Origin: Longimicrobiales bacterium | GTDB taxonomy: Bacteria > Gemmatimonadota > Gemmatimonadetes > Longimicrobiales > Gaopeijiaceae | Direction of reading: 5' to 3' | Length of the DNA stretch: 64,000 nt | Assembly: GCA_041690395.1 (NCBI GenBank) | Contig: JAWLHJ010000003.1 | Location: 632,729-696,728, forward strand | Part shown: positions 29,332 to 38,288 of the stretch, in pieces | How the letters are laid out: each line of letters opens with the position of its first letter | How positions within the stretch are numbered: the first letter of the stretch is position 1 | Program-made: the position numbers and the translations under genes | The notes under the pieces: generated by a model | What the model saw: the letters and a program-made list of their open reading frames with translations, nothing else | Database searches by the model: none | What the model was told of the DNA's origin: nothing

Positions 29332-30585
29332 TCAGCTCCGCCCCGTCGGGTGACACGTGAGACAGGCCGCCGATTCATAAACGTAGCCGGCGCGCTCGCT
29401 GTGCTTGTCGTCCATCTCGCTCTGGCGGTGCTCGTGGCACCCGAGGCACGAGAACGTCGCGTAATCACCGGGCGTCTCATGGCACTCGGCGCAATCGGCT
29501 CCGGTGTGCGCGCCCGAGAAGATGGGGAAGTCGTGCGCGAACGTCGCGCCGTCCCACGTGCTCGTCCGGTGGCACGCGGTGCAGTCCGTCGGAAAGCCGA
29601 TGCCCTGGTGCTCGCCCTCGTAATCGATGCGGTGACAGGCGTAACAGTCCTGCGGGCCACTCGGTTGGTAGAGGGTCTCCGACGAGGAGCCGACGTGACA
29701 GTCCGCGCACGCGAGCCGGTCGTGATCGGGCGGGATGTCGAACCCGGTGGCCAGCCCGTGCTCGAAGACGGCCCCGTCCCAGTCGTTCATGTCGTGGCAC
29801 ATGAGGCAGGTGGTCGGGAAGCCCGAGCCGGCGTGCTCGTCCTGGTAGTCGTCCAGGTGGCACGTCACGCAGTCCTCGGGCCCGGCGGGCGGCTGCGGAA
29901 TGGAGCCACCCGCCCCGCTGTGGCAGGAGGCACATTCGATGCCCGCGTGCCGCCCCAGGAGCGCGAAGCCCCCCGAAATCTCGAAGTGGTCGAACGCGAC
30001 GTCCCGGAAATCGAGCATCGAGTGGCAATCCAGGCACTCCGTGGAGAAGCCCAGCGCTTCATGGTCGACCAGCGGATTGAGTCGGTAGTCGCCCATGTGG
30101 CACGCCACGCATTCACGGTCGAGGGGCGTGAACGCCCCGCCCAGGTCGTCGACGTGGCAACTTTCGCAGGACGTCTGAAAGTGGGCGCCCTCGAGCGGGA
30201 AGTCGGCCGGGTGCACGGTCCCCGGGTCCATGAGCGTGAACGAGGTCGTCGTGTGGCAGGAGGCGCACGGCCGGGTCGCGCTGCCCTGGTGGACATCGAC
30301 GTGGCACGAGGCACAGTCCACCGGGTCGGCGATCGAGGTCTCGAACCGGAGCCCCTCGTGACAGGACGCGCACGTCACGTCCTCGTGGCGCCCGTCCAGG
30401 CGGTATCCGGCGTCCCGCGCGTGATCGAACACGATGTCCGGCCGCAGGGGCGCCCAGGCCTCGGTCGTGTGACAGTCGACGCATGAGATCCCCTCGGGAA
30501 GTACGCCGTGCGGCTGGACCTGCGTCTGCCCCGACACCGCCAACGGAATGGACGCCAGGAACGTCAGGAGCAGCGGCGCGCGCAT
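29332..30585 (-). CDS. Exported multiheme cytochrome c, 16 CxxCH
   Basis: Signal peptide MRAPLLLTFLASIPLAVSG; 16 CxxCH counted; FxH..LxGxH repeats. Confidence 0.92.
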   Translation of the reverse strand: MRAPLLLTFLASIPLAVSGQTQVQPHGVLPEGISCVDCHTTEAWAPLRPDIVFDHARDAGYRLDGRHEDVTCASCHEGLRFETSIADPVDCASCHVDVHQGSATRPCASCHTTTSFTLMDPGTVHPADFPLEGAHFQTSCESCHVDDLGGAFTPLDRECVACHMGDYRLNPLVDHEALGFSTECLDCHSMLDFRDVAFDHFEISGGFALLGRHAGIECASCHSGAGGSIPQPPAGPEDCVTCHLDDYQDEHAGSGFPTTCLMCHDMNDWDGAVFEHGLATGFDIPPDHDRLACADCHVGSSSETLYQPSGPQDCYACHRIDYEGEHQGIGFPTDCTACHRTSTWDGATFAHDFPIFSGAHTGADCAECHETPGDYATFSCLGCHEHRQSEMDDKHSERAGYVYESAACLTCHPTGRS

Positions 30586-30587
30586 GG

Positions 30588-32225
30588 TCACGACCCACCT
30601 CCATGGCAGTCGACACAGTCGGTGCCGACGGGCCGGTACCGGGTGAAGGGCCCGCGCTCTCCCTGCTCCGTGACGTGACACGAAGCGCATGGCACCTCGC
30701 GATGCGCCCCGTCCAGCGCGAATGCCGAGCGCCCGTGGTCGAACCGGGCGTCCACGGGCACGAAGGCTTGGGTCCCGTGGCACGCGGCGCACCCCAGCTC
30801 GGGGAACTCGCCCGAGTGGGGATCCTCCGAGCGGTGGCACGACGCGCACGTCGTGTCCTGGGCTCCGCCATCCACCCCCGCGTGATCGAAGGCGACGATG
30901 TCGAAGGCGTCCGTCACGTGGCACACTTCGCACGCGCGGTCGGCGTAGAGATCGTCGTGCGGGCTCTCGAGGGCGTGGCAGGACGCGCAGTCCGTCGCGC
31001 CGAGGCCGAGGGTGAAGCGGTCATGGCCCCGCTCCGGATCGAGGTGGCAGGCCCAACAGGGCGTCACCGCATGGGCTCCCGTGAGGGGGAGCGCCGAGGC
31101 GGCATGCCGCTCCACGCCGTACGCGGACGGAGCCCAGCGCGCCTCCGTGTGGCAGGTCGCGCACGCCGTCCATCGATCGCCCGATCCGGGGAGCGCGTGC
31201 CGGTCCACGTGGCACGACCCGCAGGACGTCGCCACCGGCTTCGGATAGGTGGCACCGGCGCTCCCCGGGAGGTACCGCATGCGGATCAGCTCCGTCGCCG
31301 GCGGACGCCCGGGCCGGTGGCAGGCGACACAGTCGGCCGCCGCGTGCGCACCCACGAGCGGGAACGCCGTCCGGCCGTGATCGAACCTGCCGTCGAGGGA
31401 TGCCGAGCTCAGAGCTCCCCAACCGGTGGGCGAATGACACGAGGCGCAGGCGCCGCTCATGCGTCCCGCGTGGGGATCCGCATGGCAGTCGGCGCAGCTC
31501 CCGAATGCGACCGGACGATACGGGACGGGATCGCGATCTTCGGCGTGACACGCGGCGCATTCGACCCGGGCATGCAGGCCCTCGAGCCGGAAGCGTGCGC
31601 GCTCGTGCGCGAACGCGGTCGGGTCCGTCCAGGTCCCCGCGTCGTGGCAGTCGGCGCAGGACCGATCCCGGAACTGATCGCCATGGGGGTCGCTGTCCGC
31701 GTGACACGTGGCGCAGCCCTGGTCGAGACCCAGGAACGTCCGGCCGAGGGCCCCGTGCTCGGTCAGGGTCCGGACCACGACCGGATCCGCGATCAGCTCC
31801 GCGCGGTGGCACTCCCGGCACGCCACGTCTCCGTGGCTCAGCTCCAGCGCGTATCCGGTCTCCCCGTGCTGGAACGCCGCCTCGTCGAGGCGCCGGAGGT
31901 CGAAGTCCGGGCCCAGATGCTCCTGATGGCAGTCCGCGCAATCCCGCTGGATCGAAGCATGGTAGCCCCGGTCGGCCGCGATGCGCGTCTCGATCAACGC
32001 ATGACACGAGAGGCAGCGGTCCGGAGAGGTTCCGCGCTTTCCGAGCTCGTGGCAGGCGGTGCAGTTCCGGATCCCCTCGAGCTCGGCATGGGGCGCCGCG
32101 AGCTTTCCGGGCGAGAGGATCTGGGCGGCGGCGGGAGCGGTCGCGACGCAGGCCAGACCCGTGAGCAGCAGGAGCACGACCCCGGTGCCGCGCCCGCCGC
32201 GCCCGACCTCGCGGCGCGGTCTCAT
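30588..32225 (-). CDS. Exported multiheme cytochrome c, 19 CxxCH
   Basis: Signal peptide (..ATAPAAAQ), 'SPGKLAAPH'; 19 CxxCH counted. Confidence 0.92.
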   Translation of the reverse strand: MRPRREVGRGGRGTGVVLLLLTGLACVATAPAAAQILSPGKLAAPHAELEGIRNCTACHELGKRGTSPDRCLSCHALIETRIAADRGYHASIQRDCADCHQEHLGPDFDLRRLDEAAFQHGETGYALELSHGDVACRECHRAELIADPVVVRTLTEHGALGRTFLGLDQGCATCHADSDPHGDQFRDRSCADCHDAGTWTDPTAFAHERARFRLEGLHARVECAACHAEDRDPVPYRPVAFGSCADCHADPHAGRMSGACASCHSPTGWGALSSASLDGRFDHGRTAFPLVGAHAAADCVACHRPGRPPATELIRMRYLPGSAGATYPKPVATSCGSCHVDRHALPGSGDRWTACATCHTEARWAPSAYGVERHAASALPLTGAHAVTPCWACHLDPERGHDRFTLGLGATDCASCHALESPHDDLYADRACEVCHVTDAFDIVAFDHAGVDGGAQDTTCASCHRSEDPHSGEFPELGCAACHGTQAFVPVDARFDHGRSAFALDGAHREVPCASCHVTEQGERGPFTRYRPVGTDCVDCHGGGS

Positions 32226-33532
32226 GCCGCCCCGAACTTGGTATCGACCTCGACCCCGCACTGGTCGAGGAAGCGCGTCGGCAGCTCACCCCCCGCGAAG
32301 ATCAGGACCTGGTCGTTCGGGAGCGCGTAGGGGTGCCCTCCCTCCACGGTCAGCCAGACCCGATCGGCCTCGATGCGGAAGACCTCGGTGCTCCAATGGA
32401 CGTCGATCCGCCCCTCGGCGATCGCACTCTCGACACGGTCGCGGTTGCCGGGCTTGATGCGGCTGAACCGGTCGCGACGGTAGGAGAGCGCCACGCGGGT
32501 GCCGCGTTCCTCGGAAAGGGCGAGCGCCGCCTCCACGGCCGAATCTCCGCCACCGACGACGAGCACGCGGTCGCCTCGGAACGCCTCGGGCTCGGCGAGG
32601 GCGTACTGGACCTTGGGGAGCTCCTCGCCGGGCACGCCGAGCTTCCGCGGGATCCCCCTTCGGCCGATAGCCAGAATCACGCGAGGGGCGCGGAAGGACT
32701 CCCCCTGGGTACGCACCTCGAAGCCACCCTCCACCCGCGCGACGTCGTGCACGGTGAGCCCGAGACGGAAGGGCAGATCCGCGTCCACCGCGACACGGGT
32801 CCAGACCGCCATGAGGTCCTCCTTCCGGATCTCGCGTCCCCCGATGCGGCCGACCCCCGGGATCTTCACCGGCTCCGTCATGACCAGCTTCTTGCGGGGG
32901 TAATGGCGGACCGTCCCCCCCAGATCCGGTTCCTTGTCGATGGTCACGAAGCGGAGCCCGGCACGCTGGGCATGAAGCGAGGCGGACAGTCCCGCCGGTC
33001 CCGCTCCGACGATGACCAGGTCGAGGCCGTCCCCACGTCGCTTGGCCCGACCGGCGATCCCTTCGATGCACTGCCGGCCCTGCTCGAACGCGTTCCGGAT
33101 GAGCCCCATCCCGCCCAGCTCCCCGACGATGTACAGGCCCGGTACGTTGGTTTCGAAATCCGGCTTGATGCGGGGGATGTCCACGCCGCGCTTCGCGGTC
33201 CCGAACACCAGCTGGATCGCCTCCATGGGGCAGGAGCGCTCGCACAGGCCGTGTCCGATGCAGGACGCCGGCGCGATGGGGACGGCCTGTCCGTCACGGA
33301 TGCCCAGCACCTGCCCCTCGGGGCACACGTCCACGCAGCTCCCCGTTCCGATGCACCGGTCGGGATCGATCACCGGATGCAGCGACGTCGGTTCGTGCAG
33401 GCCGTACTCCAGGGCCAGGACCTCCGCTTCGTCGGTCCGTCGTTCCTTCCGCCGGAGTCCGAGCAGCACGGGCCCGGACGCGGCGACCACGAGCCCCACC
33501 CCGATCAGCGTGACGAGCGTGCCGTCCGTCAT
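32222..33532 (-). CDS. Membrane-anchored ferredoxin + thioredoxin-reductase-fold FAD/NAD(P)H oxidoreductase
   Basis: N-terminal TM helix; CIGTGSCVDVCP and CIGHGLCERSCP; GAGPAG; GGGDSA; SYRR. Confidence 0.88.
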   Translation of the reverse strand: MTDGTLVTLIGVGLVVAASGPVLLGLRRKERRTDEAEVLALEYGLHEPTSLHPVIDPDRCIGTGSCVDVCPEGQVLGIRDGQAVPIAPASCIGHGLCERSCPMEAIQLVFGTAKRGVDIPRIKPDFETNVPGLYIVGELGGMGLIRNAFEQGRQCIEGIAGRAKRRGDGLDLVIVGAGPAGLSASLHAQRAGLRFVTIDKEPDLGGTVRHYPRKKLVMTEPVKIPGVGRIGGREIRKEDLMAVWTRVAVDADLPFRLGLTVHDVARVEGGFEVRTQGESFRAPRVILAIGRRGIPRKLGVPGEELPKVQYALAEPEAFRGDRVLVVGGGDSAVEAALALSEERGTRVALSYRRDRFSRIKPGNRDRVESAIAEGRIDVHWSTEVFRIEADRVWLTVEGGHPYALPNDQVLIFAGGELPTRFLDQCGVEVDTKFGAA

Positions 33533-34389
33533 CCGAAGATCCAGGTGTAACCGAAGGCGACCGCGACGCCGACGTGGACGATCAGGACCAGCAGCATCAC
33601 GATCGCGAGCGGCAGATGGAACGCGTGCCAGTATCGGAAGGCACGCTGGAAAGGACGGATCAGGGCGACCTGTTGCCGTCTCAGCCGGTCTTCCTGGAGC
33701 CGGTCCACGAGAGCCGCGCGCGTGTGCTCGGGGACGCCCGCCGCGGACAGGCGCCGTTCGATCCGGGCCCGGTCACGACGACGTGTCCAGCGGTACCGGA
33801 CGGAGAGGCCGACCGCCGAGAGGATCCCCGGGGGGCCATCCGATGCGGGCTCCGCGCCGATATCCAGGAGCTCGAGGACCTGGGCCGCCGGCAGGCGGAG
33901 TCCGGCCTCCACGTCTTCCAGGAGCCCCCTCATCTGGTCCTGGATCTCCCGCACCTGGAGGAAGCGGCCGTTCACGGTCTTCGGGATCCAGACATAGATC
34001 CACCGCCCGAAGACACCGCTCGCGACGACCATCGCCATGCTCCAGAACGCGATGGCGACCAGCCCGCCGAAGCGGAAGGTCGTGTGCAGGAGGACGAGGA
34101 AGGGCCCGAGGAGACAGAGGAAGATGTGGAAGTGCAGCCAGCCCTTGAGCGTGCCGACCCGGGAGAGCGCCCGGACCCTCTTACGCAGCGAGTAGAGCCC
34201 GACGCCGAGGAGGATCATCGCGGTCCCGACGACACCGAACCCCTGGCCGATCAAGCCGGTCGGGGCATACAGGTCGTGCAGGGGCGAGAAAGGGCGCTCG
34301 GTGAGCGGCGTGACGTAATAGGCGAGGCCTCCCCAGAAGGCCCCGCCGGCGATGGACACGCCCAGCAGGAACAGCACTCGTACGAACAC
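33529..34389 (-). CDS. Inner-membrane protein, ferric-reductase-like di-heme cytochrome b (start uncertain, ORF open to 34512)
   Basis: About 5 TM helices; two TM His pairs at i/i+14 (HIFLCLLGPFLVLLH; HLPLAIVMLLVLIVH); 'YSLRKR'. Confidence 0.7.
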   Translation of the reverse strand: MFVRVLFLLGVSIAGGAFWGGLAYYVTPLTERPFSPLHDLYAPTGLIGQGFGVVGTAMILLGVGLYSLRKRVRALSRVGTLKGWLHFHIFLCLLGPFLVLLHTTFRFGGLVAIAFWSMAMVVASGVFGRWIYVWIPKTVNGRFLQVREIQDQMRGLLEDVEAGLRLPAAQVLELLDIGAEPASDGPPGILSAVGLSVRYRWTRRRDRARIERRLSAAGVPEHTRAALVDRLQEDRLRRQQVALIRPFQRAFRYWHAFHLPLAIVMLLVLIVHVGVAVAFGYTWIFG

Positions 34390-34641
34390 GCGTTCGCTCT
34401 CGGCTCGATACCCCGGCACTCGGCCAGGCGCGTATGCGTGGGAGGAGCACACACGCGGTAGGGGTCGGATGCACCACGAGGTGCTCCGGCCGGTCGGAGC
34501 GGTATCTGGCAAGCGTCATGCCATGGCGAGGGCCGCGGAAAGCGAGCGGCCGTCTGGGCTATTCGACGGTCACTGCACCATTCTGGTGCATCAGGATCGT
34601 GGTCGCTGCGTTCCGTGACCGGAAAGAGAAGCCCTCCTCTT

Positions 34642-36357
34642 TCAGCGGCCCGACAGGATCGCTTCGACGAGATCTTCCGACGCCTCGGACGCGTAACTCC
34701 CGTGAGGTCGTGGATACCGGTCCAGCCCCTCCCGGAAGCACCGGTGGTAGGTCCGTCCCGACCGGAGCGTCATCGGTCCGCTCTCCGGACGCCAGGTCGC
34801 ACCCTCCGGCACGTCGGCTTCGGGCATCCGGATGCCGAACCGCTCCCGCGTTTCAGCCTCGGTCCGCGAGACCAGCGCCTCCCCGAGGTCGATCGCGTCG
34901 AGGAGCCGCCGCTCGGTATAGACCGTCAGGGTGTCCCGCGCGCCGTCCGGGTCGCCCGCCTCGTAGCGCGCTCCGGCCTCACGCTCGAGCCCGGCCTGCT
35001 CGGCCACGAGGCGTGTCTCGAACGCCTCGAGGTCCGCGGTGACGGGCCGGAGGAAGGCTCCGGGCTGCTCGCACGCGTGGTAGAGGAGCCGCTTGTGGAC
35101 CCGGAACGCCGAGCGCGTCGCTTCGAGCGGAGCGAAGTCCGCGTCGAGGAAGGCGTCGTCGGCGTCCTTGGTCATGTAGCGGTGCTGCTTGTACTCCGGT
35201 GGCACGTCCCGGACGCCCAGCCGCACCGGCACAAACGGACTCGCCACCGAACCGGTGATGGACATCCAGAGCGGGACGAGCTCCGGATGCACGCCGGGCC
35301 TCAGGTGCGCCACCTGGCCGTAGCCCGAGCCGTCGTTCGACCACCGCGGATCGCGGACGAGCGCCATCATGTCCGCCACCGACACCGGAGCCATCCCCCG
35401 AACCTCTTCTTCGAGGAGAGGCGGATACCGGAACAGGTTGTGCGGATCGTCCTGGGAGGGATCGCTCGGGAAGGTGCGGCCGTAGACACGGTGCAGGTTG
35501 AAGGGCTCGTCTCCGTCCGGATCCCACCACCCCTGCTCGACGGCGAAGGAGACGAGGTTCTCCGAGCCCATGTGGTCGGGTGAGCGCTCGAAATCGACCG
35601 GGAAGTCGCCGATGTAGCCCGGATACGATACGCGCACGTCGTCCGGCCCGAGCCGCTCGGCGGCCCAGAGCCCCTGCCCTCCGGCGTAGTCGATGAGCAC
35701 CCACCCCTCCTCGGCGTCGGCGAAGAGATGCGAGTTGCCGCCGTACGTGGCGTAGCCGTGCCCGTCGATGAGCCGCCCCACGATCTCCACGGCCTCGCGG
35801 GCGCTGCCGGCCCGCTCCATGACGATGCGGGACAGGTCGCTGTAGTTGAGCCCCCGCTGCGGGACGGGCGTCATCTCCACCAGCTCCGGGCGCGACGGCG
35901 ACCAGACGTCCCGGGCCGCCAGGCCGCGCTCGTTCAACCCTCCGTTCGTGAGCGGCGGCGGAAAGCCCGCGAACTCCGAATAGTTGGTCGTGATGAAGCG
36001 GAGCGTCTCCGTGACCTGGGGAATCCGGAAGCGTTCCCCGGGGATGCGCGCCTCCTCCGTGATGCCGACCTCCATGGTCGTGCCGGGCGGGAACGTGCGC
36101 GCGGGCGTGATCTCGTACCAATGGCTCGACGGCTCGTGACCGAAGCCGCCGAGCAGCACGGAGCCGTCTTCGGTGAGGTTCCGGCCCACGTAGAAGGCGA
36201 TGCTCTTGGCGGGCATGGCCTCGCTCGGGCTTCGGGCCTCGGGCCCGGATACCGGCGCGGGTGATGGGGTCCGTACGGGGATCAGGAACAGGCAGGCCGC
36301 CAGAAAGGACGCCACTCCAGCGGTTCGTAGGGGGCGTCCGGAGAGCGGAGAGAGCAT
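34642..36357 (-). CDS. C69-family dipeptidase-like Ntn-hydrolase, exported
   Basis: Signal peptide, 'SIAFYVGRNLTEDGSVL', 'NGGLNERG', 'ERAGSAREAVEIVGRLI..GY', 'FADAEEGW'. Confidence 0.8.
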   Translation of the reverse strand: MLSPLSGRPLRTAGVASFLAACLFLIPVRTPSPAPVSGPEARSPSEAMPAKSIAFYVGRNLTEDGSVLLGGFGHEPSSHWYEITPARTFPPGTTMEVGITEEARIPGERFRIPQVTETLRFITTNYSEFAGFPPPLTNGGLNERGLAARDVWSPSRPELVEMTPVPQRGLNYSDLSRIVMERAGSAREAVEIVGRLIDGHGYATYGGNSHLFADAEEGWVLIDYAGGQGLWAAERLGPDDVRVSYPGYIGDFPVDFERSPDHMGSENLVSFAVEQGWWDPDGDEPFNLHRVYGRTFPSDPSQDDPHNLFRYPPLLEEEVRGMAPVSVADMMALVRDPRWSNDGSGYGQVAHLRPGVHPELVPLWMSITGSVASPFVPVRLGVRDVPPEYKQHRYMTKDADDAFLDADFAPLEATRSAFRVHKRLLYHACEQPGAFLRPVTADLEAFETRLVAEQAGLEREAGARYEAGDPDGARDTLTVYTERRLLDAIDLGEALVSRTEAETRERFGIRMPEADVPEGATWRPESGPMTLRSGRTYHRCFREGLDRYPRPHGSYASEASEDLVEAILSGR

Positions 36358-36450
36358 GGATGCGCTCCTCGTTGTAGCAGGCGAACGAGCGGTCGAAGCG
36401 CCTGCAAAGTAAGCGCGAATCCGGTGTCGCGCTCGCCGTCCGGAACCTCG

Positions 36451-36480
36451 TTGCACACCCCTCATCTTCGGTTTATGTTC
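36451..36480 (+). promoter_or_regulatory. Promoter of the imuB-like gene overlapped by a candidate LexA box
   Basis: TTGCAC-17-TATGTT; CTTC-N7-GTTC (36466-36480), one mismatch to the GTTC-N7-GTTC LexA motif. Confidence 0.5.
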
Positions 36481-36530
36481 GGTTTCCTGCCGCAGTCGCC
36501 GGCCCCGTCACAGGAGCGTCCCACACCGCC

Positions 36531-37910
36531 ATGTCGCAGTCCCGCGCGAGTGCCGAACATGTTCCCACCCACCTGAACGGGCGGGGGTGGGCTCAGATTA
36601 CGTCCCATCCCCCCACCCCCTTCCAACCCGCTTCCCCCCGGCCCGCCTCCCCCGGCAACCGCACGGCTCTTTGCCTCTGGCTTCCCACCTTCGAGCTCCG
36701 GCTCGAGCTCGTCCGCTCCCCGGAGCTCGACCGCACCTCCGTCGCGCTCCTCTCCGAGGGCGAGCACACGCAACGGACCGTCTGGCAGGTCTCGGCACGA
36801 GCCCACGAAGCCGGAGTCCGGCCCGGCCAGCGCGTGTCCCAGGCCGTCTCGCTCTGCCCTGCCCTGACGCTGCTCGAGCCCGATCCGGCCCACTACGACG
36901 CAGCCACGGACATCCTCCTGGAAACCCTGACCGAGGTCTCTCCGGTGATCGAGCCTGCGGGACGGGGACGGGTCTTCCTGGGGATGGACGGGCTGGACCG
37001 CCTCTTCGGCCCGCCCCGGCGTCAGATCGAGCGGACACTCGGCGCGCTCTTCGAGATCTTCCCCGCCCCGCTCGTGGCCGCGTTCCGCGCCGGGATGGCG
37101 CCGGGGCGCTTCGGTGCCTGGGTGGCCGCGACCCGCGCCGGGGGAGGCGAGCCGGTGATCGTGCCCGAGCACGAGCTGAGCGTGTTCCTCGGGGGCTGTC
37201 CCGTCCGTGTCCTCCAGGTCGATCCGCGCATGATCGAGCGGCTCGAGCGCCTCGGCATCGACACACTCGCGGCGCTCCGGGAGCTGCCGGAGCCGTCCCT
37301 CGTCGCCCAGTTCGGGAAAACCGGTCGCGCCATCCACGCCTGGGCTTCCGGCCGGCGCATCGATCCGGTCCGGCCGTGGCACCGCCCCCGCCCGCTGCGC
37401 GCATCGCTCGCGTTCTCGAATCCGGTGGGCATGGTCGACACCCTGCACGGCGCGCTCGACCGGCTCGTGGAGCGCGCGCTCACCCGTCCCGCGCGCCGTG
37501 GCCGGAGCGTGACGGGCGTCCGACTCGGCGCCCATCTGGAAGGCGGGGGCTCCTGGGTCGTGGAGGCCACGCTCCGGGAGCCCACCACCGTCTGTGAGCG
37601 CATCGCCGCGCCCCTGCGCTCGAAGATGGCCATCGCCCCGCCGCCGAAGGCCGTCGACACGCTCTTCTTCGAGATCACCGACTTCGGCGCGCCCTCGGCC
37701 CAGGAGAGCCTCTTCGACCGGAAGGACGCCGGAAGCCGGGAGGGTGCCGGAAGCGGCCCCCTCCAGGGCGACGTACCGCCGTCCCTCCGCGATGCCGTGA
37801 AGGAGCTCAAGCTCCGGCTCGGTGACTCGCCGCTCTACCGCGTGGTCGAGCTCGACCCCTGGTCGCGGATTCCCGAGCGCCGCCACGCCCTTCTGCGTTT
37901 CGACCCGTAG
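36531..37910 (+). CDS. ImuB-like inactive Y-family polymerase (mutasome scaffold)
   Basis: 'SARAHEAGVRPG..SQAVSLCP', 'SPVIE..GRVFL..GLDRLFG', 'LERLGIDTL', clamp-binding-like 'QESLF'; catalytic acidic residues absent. Confidence 0.8.
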   Translation: MSQSRASAEHVPTHLNGRGWAQITSHPPTPFQPASPRPASPGNRTALCLWLPTFELRLELVRSPELDRTSVALLSEGEHTQRTVWQVSARAHEAGVRPGQRVSQAVSLCPALTLLEPDPAHYDAATDILLETLTEVSPVIEPAGRGRVFLGMDGLDRLFGPPRRQIERTLGALFEIFPAPLVAAFRAGMAPGRFGAWVAATRAGGGEPVIVPEHELSVFLGGCPVRVLQVDPRMIERLERLGIDTLAALRELPEPSLVAQFGKTGRAIHAWASGRRIDPVRPWHRPRPLRASLAFSNPVGMVDTLHGALDRLVERALTRPARRGRSVTGVRLGAHLEGGGSWVVEATLREPTTVCERIAAPLRSKMAIAPPPKAVDTLFFEITDFGAPSAQESLFDRKDAGSREGAGSGPLQGDVPPSLRDAVKELKLRLGDSPLYRVVELDPWSRIPERRHALLRFDP

Positions 37911-37927
37911 ATCGCGATCTCACGCAC

Positions 37928-38194
37928 ATGCCCAGACGCCCCCAGCTCCGTCCCCTCGGCCAGCCGAAGCCCGTCCACGTCCGCACCGACACGCAGGGCG
38001 ATCCCGAATTCGTGCGACTCCCCGGGAAAACCGCGCGTAAGGTGATCCAGGTCCGGGAGCGCTGGCGGATCGACGACGAGTGGTGGCGCCGGCCGATCTC
38101 CCGCGCCTACTACGCGGTCGCCCTCGACGACGGCCGCGCGCTCACGCTGTACCACGACCTCGTGGAACACACATGGTATGCACAACGCGGCTGA
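37928..38194 (+). CDS. Small ImuB-associated protein (DUF6504-like)
   Basis: 'ERWRIDDEWW..RAYYAV..LYHD..WY' resembles the ImuB C-terminal domain. Confidence 0.65.
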   Translation: MPRRPQLRPLGQPKPVHVRTDTQGDPEFVRLPGKTARKVIQVRERWRIDDEWWRRPISRAYYAVALDDGRALTLYHDLVEHTWYAQRG

Positions 38195-38288
38195 TGCCGT
38201 GGCGCGATGAGGCGTGCCGAGTGAGGGCTTGGATGCAAGCATCCGAGCGAAGCGCCCCGAACGAGGTACGCCTCATCGCGTCACGGCC

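Noticed and set aside
36555..36564. Palindrome GAACATGTTC near the imuB start as a Gram-positive SOS box
   Set aside because: Spacer is 2 nt rather than the 4 nt of GAAC-N4-GTTC, and it lies inside the probable CDS
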